The notes under the pieces: generated by a model | The model's database searches: none | What the model was told of the DNA's origin: nothing | Seen by the model: the letters and a program-made list of their open reading frames with translations, nothing else | Part shown: one piece after another, positions 20,101 through 32,100 of the stretch | How the letters are laid out: each line of letters opens with the position of its first letter | Numbering within the stretch: position 1 is the first letter of the stretch | Translations under genes and position numbers: made by a program | From: Felis catus | Taxonomy: Eukaryota | DNA length: 64,000 nt | Assembly (NCBI RefSeq): GCF_018350175.1 | Contig: NC_058383.1 | Location: 7,938,001 to 8,002,000 of the forward strand | Reading direction: 5' to 3'

Positions 20101-23100
20101 AGGTTCCATCAGAGGTGGCAACCCCCCAAAACAGCAACTGGCTGTGTGAAAGCCATATGCGCTCCTCTGGACCACTGCACAGGTCACAACATATTTATAA
20201 GCATTTCCCAACATAACCAAATGTGTTAAGGTTTGCTCTACTATGCTTGCAGTCTGTTGGTTGATGTTCTTCTGGTTATAATCTTCACCACTGAAGGTCC
20301 TATTCATATGCTCTTTAAGGATATTGTTGGCTTCATCAGCATTGAAGCCAGCCTTGTGGCAGTGGCAGTGGTACTCCTCCATGGTGGCACTAACTCCCAC
20401 AGGATGGAGTCTTCTCTTGTTTTTTGTTTTTTGTTTTAAGTATAATTCCTTACATGAATCCTGAGAATCTCAGTGTAGGGCTGTATTTCCTAGGACTGAC
20501 GCAAGATCTTCCTGAGTTCTCTCTCTGCCCAACGCCCTGTGAATTATAGGCTTTTCCAGTTTGGCTGGTGGAAAGAGCATTGTTCCCATGCCTACGTGAG
20601 AGCCAGGTCTCTTTCCTTCTAATCTTTTCCAGTGGCATTTCCTGGATCTTGGGTAGTTTCTTGAGAAGCATGCTCTGATCAGCCTAGGGCTGATCAGGGA
20701 CCCCTCTGTGCTAGTCTGCCACCCAGTAATTCTGTCCTGTGAACTCTAGCTGCCTCATTCTTTCAAGACACTGGTCTACATCTCCTCAACCCAAGAGATC
20801 TTGCTGGAAACCCTCTCAAGTCAGTCAGCTAGGGTGATCACAGGCACATCCAGTGTATTGAAAATCATTGCTTCCTGTCTTTGCTATGGTTATCAGGTTA
20901 TTTGGGGGTGGGTGTTGTTTCCGGTAGGAGGTCAAATCCAGTCTCTGATGCTCCATCTTGGACAGAAGCAGAGCATAATGTTTTTATAAGGGCCTTTGAT
21001 GAGTGTTTAATCCATTTTACATACTTGGCCAATTAAATTACTTTAAACATTTTAAGTTACATTTATAAAATTAATACATTACATTTCCTATTTAAAGACT
21101 TCAATTGTTTGATTCATAAACAAAATCTTTTCAAGTACTCAAGAAACTCCATAAACCTAATACATTAAAATGTTTATTTTTAAAACTTCCTTCAAACCTT
21201 CAAGCCTAATACATTATATATATGGTGGATCTTAAGTACTCTTAAATGTTCTAATACTGTTTATAATCTTGGCAAGATTTTCATGTAAAATGACAAGTCT
21301 AAATTGATCACTCAATTATATACTTTATTTTTTTAATGTTTATTTATTTATTTTTAGAGAGAGAGGGAGAGAGCGAGGGAGGAGCAGAGAGAGAGGGAGA
21401 CAGAGAATCCCAAGCAGGCTCCACACTGTCAGTGCAGAACCCAACACGGGGCTCGAACTCACAAACTGTGAGATCATGACCTAAGCAGAAACCAAGAGTT
21501 GGACACTTAACCAACAGAGACACCCAGGCATCCCTCAATTACGTATTTTAAATTGAAACTACAAGGTTGCCACATTAAGCCAAATTCTCTTGAATATTAC
21601 AAATATATTAAATCTCAAGTGGGAAAAGGTTATTTGATACAAAAGGTTTGAGTTTCTTGAAGATGATTAGAGTAAGTGTATCTGTTCCTAGGGTTAAATG
21701 AAGCTCTTTACTGTATTAGGATATTTTTGTATATGCTATAACAAATATGCCCCAAATGTGTCATCGCTCAACCGCGGTAGAAGGTTTTTTCCCTGCTCAT
21801 GTAACGATAGGAGAGCAGATGTTCCCGGTAGGCAGGTAGGTTTTCTTCATGTCATTATCCAGGGACCTGGCCTCCTTCTTCCTAGGCTTCACTATCTTCT
21901 TGGGCCTCTGTGCTATCTGACTCCAACTGGCAGAGAGATCAGGACCACCGATCAGGACCACCGGGGAAGTTTCTGGGCTGGCCTGGAAATGGCATACTCA
22001 GTTGTGCTCATATTCCATTGGAAAGGACTTAGTCGCACGTAAATGTTTCCTCGAAATCTGACTCCCGAACTGAGCAAGAGCTCCCTTTCCCACAGCTGCA
22101 AAACCTGAGGTTTGCCCCAACCTCTCAAGATCTTCAAGACCTTATCCCTCAAACCCTGGTCTTCTCGCTTCACCTCTGTGTGAACGAGGTCCTGATGCTT
22201 GATTTCTAGACTGTGAAACAAACACTGTGGCCCTTTCCAGGGGAGGCAGGGGTGGGGGTGGGGAGATGAGGTTGGGCAATCACAGAGACTTGGGGAGAAT
22301 AAAGGACTCGCAAATGAGAAGAAATGTTATAGCTCCAGGAGACTAACCTCCCTTTCTCTTTTTCAGACATCCCAGAGGACAGGGCTGTATGGGATGGAGG
22401 AGGGTGTGTGTCTCAGGGGAACCCCCGGGACCCTCAGTGCAAGGAGATGAAAGAGATCCATGACACAGGTGAGGCCCAGCAGCCCTGGAGATGCTGGGAA
22501 GGGCACCTCTGAGCAAAAGGACTGGAAAACTCATAAACCCCAATCCCCCACAACATTTTACACTCCATGACTACATGGTTTTTAGGGCCTTAAAGATTAT
22601 TAAAAGTGGATGGGAACCAGCCACGATATATGGAAAGGGGTTCAGGCTCTGCTCAACTCAAAGAGCCTAGAGGAGGGAAGAGAGACATGGATATACCTGC
22701 AACAAATATTTCTGGTTCATTCAGACAATGGATTTTGAAACCAGATTTTTTTTTTTCTAAAAAAAGCTACAATAAACACCCCACTTAGTACCCATTACTC
22801 ACACGGACCTCTGTCGACTCTAGAGGGCTTAAAATATTTTCAAAAGCACTGACAAAAGTGACACAATCTGACAACTTTTACAGGAACTGCAAAGGAAGAA
22901 TCATATCTGACTGACAGTAACAACATGCTGATAAATTTTAAAAGGAGTAGAAAATCTGGAAGAAATCCCACCATAAGCACCTCCAAGTTGTCTGAAGAGG
23001 AAACTGTGGTTCTAGCTACCAAAAACAATACCAGCAAATTGCCTTCTTCTAGAGAGTGCACTTCCTCTCAAACATCCCCTGAGAGTGCCACCACAACGTC

Positions 23101-26100
23101 TTCCCCTTCAGAGGCCAGTTCGTCTCCACATTCCACTGACAGCACGACCACAGTGATTTCTTCTACAGCAGCTACTTCCTCTCCAACCCCCACTGAGAGT
23201 CCCACCACAGTGCCTACATCTACAGATCTCAGTTCCTGTCCTACTCCCACTAGCAATGCCACAAGAGGGCCTTCTTCTACAGAGGCCACTTCCTCTCCAA
23301 CATCCACTGAAGGTGCCACCACAACGTCTTCCTCTTCAGAGGCCAGTTCGTCTCCACATTCCACTGACAGCACGACCACAGTGATTTCTTCTACAGCAGC
23401 CACTTCCTCTCCAACCCCCACTGAGAGTCCCACCACAGTGCCTACATCTACAGATCTCAGTTCCTCTCCTACTCCCACTGACAAGGACACAACAGTGCCT
23501 TCTTCTACAGAGGCCACTTCCTCCCCAACATCCACAGAAGGTGCCACCACAACGTCTCCTTCTTCAGAGGTTAGTTCGTCACCACCTTCCAGTGACAGCA
23601 CTACCACAGTGTCTTCCTCTACAGAAGCCAGTTCATCTCCAACACCCACTGACAGCACGACCACAGTGATTTCTTCTACAGCAGCCACTTCCTCTCCAAC
23701 CCCCACTGAGAGTCCCACCACAGTGCCTACATCTACAGATCTCAGTTCCTCTCCTGCTCCCACTGATAATGCCACAACAGTGCCTTCTTCTACAGAGGCC
23801 ACTTCCTCTCCAACCCCCACTGAGAGTGCCACCAAAGTGCCTACATCTACGGATCTCAGTTCCTCTCATACTCCCACTGACAATGCCACAACAGTGCCCT
23901 CTTCTACAGAGGCCACTTCCTCCCCAACATCCACTGAAGGTGCCACCACAACGTCTTCTTCTTCAGAGGCCAGTTCGTCTCCACCTTCCGCTGACAGCAC
24001 TGCCACAGTGTCTTCCTCTACAGAAGCCAGTTCATCTCCAACACCCATTGACAGCACGACCACAGTGATTTCTTCTACAGCAGCCACGTCCTCTCCAACC
24101 CCCACTGAGAGTCCCACCACAGTGCCTACATCTACGGATCTCAGTTCCTCTCCTACTCCCACTGACAATGCCACAAGAGTGCCTTCTTCTACAGAGGCCA
24201 CTTCCTCTCCAATATCCACTGAAGGTGCCACCACAACGTCTTCTTCTTCAGAGGCCAGTTCGTCTCCACCTTCCACTGACAGCACGGCCACAGTGATCTC
24301 TTCTACAACAGCCACCTCCCCTCCAACCCCCAATGAGAGTGCCACCACAGTGCCTACGTCTACAGATCTCAGTTCCTCTCCTACTCCCACTGACAAGGAC
24401 ACAACAGTACCTTCTCCTACAGAGGCCACTTCCTCTCCAACATCCACAGAAGGTGCCACCACAACATCTTCCTCTTCAGAGGTCAGTTCGTCTGCACCTT
24501 CCACTGAAAGCATGACCACAGTGATTTCTTCTGCAACAGCCACTTCCTCTCCAAACCCCACTGAGAGTCCCACCACAGTGCCTACATCTACAGATCTCAG
24601 TTCCTCTCCTACTCCCACTGACAAGGACACAACAGTGCCTTCTTCTACAGAGGCCACTTCCTCCCCAACATCCACAGAAGGTGCCACCACAACGTCTTCT
24701 TCTTCAGAGGTTAGTTCGTCACCACCTTCCAGTGACAGCACGGCCACAGTGATATCTTCTACAATAGCCACTTCCCCTCCAACCCCCAATGAGAGTACCA
24801 CCACAGTGCCTACATCTACAGATCTCAGTTCTTCTCCCACTCCCACTGACAAGGATACAACAATGCCTTCTTCTACAGAGGCCACTTCCTCTCCAACATC
24901 CACAGAAGGTGCCACCACAACATCTTCCTCTTCAGAGGCCAGTTCGTCTGCACCTTCCACTGACAGCACGACCACAGTGATTTCTTCTGCAACAACCACT
25001 TCCTCTCCAAACCCCACTGAGAGTCCCACCACAGTGCCTACATCTACAGATCTCAGTTCCTCTCCTACTCCCACTGACAAGGACACAACGGTGCCTTCTT
25101 CTACAGAGGCCACTACCTCTCCAACATCCACTGAGAGTGCCACCACAACGTCTTCTTCTTCAGAGGCCAGTTCGTCTCCACCTTCCAGTGACAGCACTAC
25201 CACAGTGTCTTCCTCTACAGAAGCCAGTTCATCTCCAACAACCATTGACAGCACGACCACAGTGATTTCTTCTACAGCAGCCACTTCCTCTCCAAACCCC
25301 ACTGAGAGTCCCACCAAAGTGCCTACATCTACAGATCTCAGTTCCTCTCCTACTCCCACTGACAAGGACACAACAGTGCCTTCTTCTACAGAGGCCACTT
25401 CCTCCCCAACATCCACAGAAGGTGCCACCACAATGTCTTCTTCTTCAGAGGTTAGTTCGTCACCACCTTCCAGTGACAGCACTACCACAGTGTCTTCCTC
25501 TACAGAAGCCAGTTCATCTCCAACACCTACTGACAGCACGACCACAGTGATTTCTTCTACAGCAGCCACTTTCTCTCCAACCCCCACTGAGAGTCCCACC
25601 ACAGTGCCTACATCTACAGATCTCAGTTCCTCTCCGACTCCCACTGACAAGGACACAACAGTGCCTTCTTCTACAGAGGCCACTTCACCTCCAACATTCA
25701 CTGAAGGTGCCACCACAATGTCTTCTTCTTCAGAGGTCAGTTCGTCTCCACCTTCCGCTGACAGCACGACCACAGTGATCTCTTCTACAACAGCCACTTC
25801 CCCTCCAACCCCCAATGAGAGTGCCACCACAGTGCCTACGTCTACAGATCTCAGTTCCTCTCCTACTCCCACTGACAAGGACACAACAGTGCCTTCTTCT
25901 ACAGAGGCCACTTTCTCCCCAACATCCACAGAAGGTGCCACCACAATGTCTTCTTCTTCAGAGGTCAGTTCGTCACCACCTTCCGCTGACAGCACGACCA
26001 CAGTGATATCTTCTACAACAGCCACTTCCCCTCCAACCCCCAATGAGAGTGCCACCACAGTGCCTACGTCTACAGATCTCAGTTCCTCTCCTACTCCCAC

Positions 26101-29100
26101 TGACAAGGACACAACAGTGCCTTCTTCTACAGAGGCCACTTCCTCCCCAACATCCACAGAACGTGCCACCACAACGTCTTCTTCTTCAGAGGTTAGTTCG
26201 TCACCACCTTCCAGTGACAGCACTACCACAGTGTCTTCCTCTACAGAAGCCAGTTCATCTCCAACACCCACTGACAGCATGACCACAGAGATTTCTTCTA
26301 CAGCAGCCACTTCCTCTCCAACCCCCACTGAGAGTCCCACCACAGTGCCTACATCTACAGATCTCAGTTCCTCTCCGACTCCCACTGACAAGGACACAAC
26401 AGTGCCTTCTTCTACAGAGGCCACTTCCTCCCCAACATCCACAGAAGGTGTCACCACAACGTCTTCTTCTTCAGAGGTTAGTTCGTCACCACCTTCCAGT
26501 GACAGCACTACCACAGTGTCTTCCTCTACAGAAGCCAGTTCATCTCCAACACCCACTGACAGCACGACCATAGTGATTTCTTCTACAGCAGCCACTTCCT
26601 CTCCAACCCCCACTGAGAGTCCCACCACAGTGCCTACATCTACAGATCTCAGTTCCTCTCCGACTCCCACTGACAAGGACACAACAGTGCCTTCTTCTAC
26701 AGAGGCCACTTCCTCCCCAACATCCACAGAAGGTGTCACCACAACGTCTTCTTCTTCAGAGGTTAGTTCGTCACCACCTTCCAGTGACAGCACTACCACA
26801 GTGTCTTCCTCTACAGAAGCCAGTTCATCTCCAACACCCACTGACAGCACGACCATAGTGATTTCTTCTACAGCAGCCACTTCCTCTCCAACCCCCACTG
26901 AGAGTCCCACCACAGTGCCTACATCTACAGATCTCAGTTCCTCTCCGACTCCCACTGACAAGGACACAACAGTGCCTTCTTCTACAGAGGCCACTTCCTC
27001 CCCAACATCCACAGAAGGTGTCACCACAACGTCTTCTTCTTCAGAGGTTAGTTCGTCACCACCTTCCAGTGACAGCACTACCACAGTGTCTTCCTCTACA
27101 GAAGCCAGTTCATCTCCAACACCCACTGACAGCATGACCACAGAGATTTCTTCTACAGCAGCCACTTCCTCTCCAACCCCCACTGAGAGTCCCACCACAG
27201 TGCCTACATCTACAGATCTCAGTTCCTCTCCGACTCCCACTGACAAGGACACAACAGTGCCTTCTTCTACAGAGGCCACTTCCTCCCCAACATCCACAGA
27301 AGGTGCCACCACAACGTCTTCTTCTTCAGAGGTTAGTTCGTCACCACCTTCCAGTGACAGCACGGCCACAGTGATATCTTCTACAATAGCCACTTCCCCT
27401 CCAACCCCCAATGAGAGTACCACCACAGTGCCTACATCTACAGATCTCAGTTCTTCTCCCACTCCCACTGACAAGGATACAACAGTGCCTTCTTCTACAG
27501 AGGCCACTTCCTCTCCAACATCCACAGAAGGTGCCACCACAACATCTTCCTCTTCAGAGGCCAGTTCGTCTGCACCTTCCACTGACAGCACGACCACAGT
27601 GATTTCTTCTGCAACAACCACTTCCTCTCCAAACCCCACTGAGAGTCCCACCACAGTGCCTACATCTACAGATCTCAGTTCCTCTCCTACTCCCACTGAC
27701 AAGGACACAACGGTGCCTTCTTCTACAGAGGCCACTACCTCTCCAACATCCACTGAGAGTGCCACCACAACGTCTTCTTCTTCAGAGGCCAGTTCGTCTC
27801 CACCTTCCAGTGACAGCACTACCACAGTGTCTTCCTCTACAGAAGCCAGTTCATCTCCAACAACCATTGACAGCACGACCACAGTGATTTCTTCTACAGC
27901 AGCCACTTCCTCTCCAAACCCCACTGAGAGTCCCACCAAAGTGCCTACATCTACAGATCTCAGTTCCTCTCCTACTCCCACTGACAAGGACACAACAGTG
28001 CCTTCTTCTACAGAGGCCACTTCCTCCCCAACATCCACAGAAGGTGCCACCACAATGTCTTCTTCTTCAGAGGTTAGTTCGTCACCACCTTCCAGTGACA
28101 GCACTACCACAGTGTCTTCCTCTACAGAAGCCAGTTCATCTCCAACACCTACTGACAGCACGACCACAGTGATTTCTTCTACAGCAGCCACTTTCTCTCC
28201 AACCCCCACTGAGAGTCCCACCACAGTGCCTACATCTACAGATCTCAGTTCCTCTCCGACTCCCACTGACAAGGACACAACAGTGCCTTCTTCTACAGAG
28301 GCCACTTCACCTCCAACATTCACTGAAGGTGCCACCACAATGTCTTCTTCTTCAGAGGTCAGTTCGTCTCCACCTTCCGCTGACAGCACGACCACAGTGA
28401 TCTCTTCTACAACAGCCACTTCCCCTCCAACCCCCAATGAGAGTGCCACCACAGTGCCTACGTCTACAGATCTCAGTTCCTCTCCTACTCCCACTGACAA
28501 GGACACAACAGTGCCTTCTTCTACAGAGGCCACTTTCTCCCCAACATCCACAGAAGGTGCCACCACAATGTCTTCTTCTTCAGAGGTCAGTTCGTCTCCA
28601 CCTTCCGCTGACAGCACGACCACAGTGATATCTTCTACAACAGCCACTTCCCCTCCAACCCCCAATGAGAGTGCCACCACAGTGCCTACGTCTACAGATC
28701 TCAGTTCCTCTCCTACTCCCACTGACAAGGACACAACAGTGCCTTCTTCTACAGAGGCCACTTCCTCCCCAACATCCACAGAACGTGCCACCACAACGTC
28801 TTCTTCTTCAGAGGTTAGTTCGTCACCACCTTCCAGTGACAGCACTACCACAGTGTCTTCCTCTACAGAAGCCAGTTCATCTCCAACACCCACTGACAGC
28901 ATGACCACAGAGATTTCTTCTACAGCAGCCACTTCCTCTCCAACCCCCACTGAGAGTCCCACCACAGTGCCTACATCTACAGATCTCAGTTCCTCTCCGA
29001 CTCCCACTGACAAGGACACAACAGTGCCTTCTTCTACAGAGGCCACTTCCTCCCCAACATCCACAGAAGGTGTCACCACAACGTCTTCTTCTTCAGAGGT

Positions 29101-32100
29101 TAGTTCGTCACCACCTTCCAGTGACAGCACTACCACAGTGTCTTCCTCTACAGAAGCCAGTTCATCTCCAACACCCACTGACAGCACGACCATAGTGATT
29201 TCTTCTACAGCAGCCACTTCCTCTCCAACCCCCACTGAGAGTCCCACCACAGTGCCTACATCTACAGATCTCAGTTCCTCTCCGACTCCCACTGACAAGG
29301 ACACAACAGTGCCTTCTTCTACAGAGGCCACTTCCTCCCCAACATCCACAGAAGGTGTCACCACAACGTCTTCTTCTTCAGAGGTTAGTTCGTCACCACC
29401 TTCCAGTGACAGCACTACCACAGTGTCTTCCTCTACAGAAGCCAGTTCATCTCCAACACCCACTGACAGCACGACCATAGTGATTTCTTCTACAGCAGCC
29501 ACTTCCTCTCCAACCCCCACTGAGAGTCCCACCACAGTGCCTACATCTACAGATCTCAGTTCCTCTCCGACTCCCACTGACAAGGACACAACAGTGCCTT
29601 CTTCTACAGAGGCCACTTCCTCCCCAACATCCACAGAAGGTGTCACCACAACGTCTTCTTCTTCAGAGGTTAGTTCGTCACCACCTTCCAGTGACAGCAC
29701 TACCACAGTGTCTTCCTCTACAGAAGCCAGTTCATCTCCAACACCCACTGACAGCATGACCACAGAGATTTCTTCTACAGCAGCCACTTCCTCTCCAACC
29801 CCCACTGAGAGTCCCACCACAGTGCCTACATCTACAGATCTCAGTTCCTCTCCGACTCCCACTGACAAGGACACAACAGTGCCTTCTTCTACAGAGGCCA
29901 CTTCCTCCCCAACATCCACAGAAGGTGTCACCACAACGTCTTCTTCTTCAGAGGCCAGTTCGTCACCACCTTCCAGTGACAGCACTACCACAGTGTCTTC
30001 CTCTACAGAAGCCAGTTCATCTCCAACACCCACTGACAGCACGACCATAGTGATTTCTTCTACAGCAGCCACTTCCTCTCCAACCCCCACTGAGAGTCCC
30101 ACCACAGTGCCTACATCTACAGATCTCAGTTCCTCTCCGACTCCCACTGACAAGGACACAACAGTGCCTTCTTCTACAGAGGCCACTTCCTCCCCAACAT
30201 CCACAGAAGGTGTCACCACAACGTCTTCTTCTTCAGAGGTTAGTTCGTCACCACCTTCCAGTGACAGCACTACCACAGTGTCTTCCTCTATAGAAGCCAG
30301 TTCATCTCCAACACCCACTGACAGCACGACCATAGTGATTTCTTCTACAGCAGCCACTTCCTCTCCAACCCCCACTGAGAGTCCCACCACAGTGCCTACA
30401 TCTACAGATCTCAGTTCCTCTCCTACTCCCACTGACAAGGACACTACAGTGCCTTCTTCTACAGAGGCCACTTCTTCCCCAACATCCACAGAAGGTGCCA
30501 CCACAACGTCTCCTTCTTCAGAGGTTAGTTCGTCACCACCTTCCAGTGACAGCACTACCACAGTGTCTTCCTCTACAGAAGCCAGTTCATCTCCAACACC
30601 CACTGACAGCACGACCACAGTGATTTCTTCTACAGCAGCCACTTCCTCTCCAACCCCCACTGAGAGTCCCACCACAGTGCCTACATCTACAGATCTCAGT
30701 TCCTCTCCTACTCCCACTGACAAGGACACAACAGTGCCTTCTTCTACAGAGGCCACTTCCTCCCCAACATCCACAGAAGGTGCCACCACAACGTCTCCTT
30801 CTTCAGAGGTTAGTTCGTCACCACCTTCCAGTGACAGCACTACCACAGTGTCTTCCTCTACAGAAGCCAGTTCATCTCCAACACCCACTGACAGCACGAC
30901 CACAGTGATTTCTTCTACAGCAGCCACTTCCTCTCCAACCCCCACTGAGAGTCCCACCACAGTGCCTACATCTACAGATCTCAGTTCCTCTCCTACTCCC
31001 ACTGACAAGGACACAACAGTGCCTTCTTCTACAGAGGCCACTTCCTCCCCAACATCCACAGAAGGTGTCACCACAACGTCTTCTTCTTCAGAGGTTAGTT
31101 CGTCACCACCTTCCAGTGACAGCACTACCACAGTGTCTTCCTCTACAGAAGCCAGTTTATCTCCAACACCCACTGACAGCACGACCACAGTGATTTCTTC
31201 TACAGCAGCCACTTCCTCTCCAACCCCCACTGAGAGTCCCACCACAGTGCCTACATCTACAGATCTCAGTTCCTCTCCTACTCCCACTGACAAGGACACA
31301 ACAGTGCCTTCTTCTACAGAGGCCACTTCCTCCCCAACATCCACAGAAGGTGCCACCACAACGTCTCCTTCTTCAGAGGTTAGTTCGTCACCACCTTCCA
31401 GTGACAGCACTACCACAGTGTCTTCCTCTACAGAAGCCAGTTCATCTCCAACACCCACTGACAGCACGACCACAGTGATTTCTTCTACAGCAGCCACTTC
31501 CTCTCCAACCCCCACTGAGAGTCCCACCACAGTGCCTACGTCTACAGATCTCAGTTCCTCTCCTACTCCCACTGACAAGGACACTACAGTGCCTTCTTCT
31601 ACAGAGGCCACTTCCTCCCCAACATCCACAGAAGGTGCCACCACAACATCTTCCTCTTCAGAGGCCAGTTCATCTGCACCTTCCACTGACAGCACCACCA
31701 CAGTGATTTCTTCTACAGCAGCCACTTCCTCTCCAACCCCCACTGAGAGTCCCACCACAGTGCCTACATCTACAGATCTCAGTTCCTCTCCGACTCCCAC
31801 TGACAAGGACACAACAGTGCCTTCTTCTACAGAGGCCACTACCTCTCCAACATCCACTGAGAGTGCCACCACAACGTCTTCTTCTTCAGAGGCCAGTTCG
31901 TCTCCACCTTCCAGTGACAGCACTACCACAGTGTCTTCGTCTACAGAAGCCAGTTCGTCTCCAACACCCACTGAAAGTGCCACCACAATGATTTCTTCCA
32001 CAGCAGCCACTTCCTCTCCAACCTCCACTGAGAGTGCCACCACAGTGCCTACATCTACAGATCTCAGTTCCTCTCCTACTCCCACTGACAAGGACACAAC

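Larger units (their letters stand above)
18630..20410 (-). pseudogene. DYNLT3: Processed pseudogene of dynein light chain Tctex-type 3 (CDS remnant 20382..20030, 3'UTR to poly(A) near 18630)
   Basis: Intronless [24 protein letters not shown]...GFHTASCCF, then a frameshift at a G-run, then [29 protein letters not shown]-run at about 18628-18643. Imperfect TSD: ctcctcttgcttttt (18619) and cttctcttgtttttt (20411). Confidence 0.9.

Noticed and set aside
21700..22050. 114-aa ORF, possibly an old LTR-like fragment, in MUC17 intron 1
   Set aside because: No protein similarity recognised. It looks like a decayed ancient LTR, but the family cannot be assigned by eye.
22813..22826. GTCGACTCTAGAGG, matching the pUC polylinker (SalI-XbaI)
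   Set aside because: Only 14 nt, and the flanks do not continue as vector (no GGATCC), so it is probably chance.
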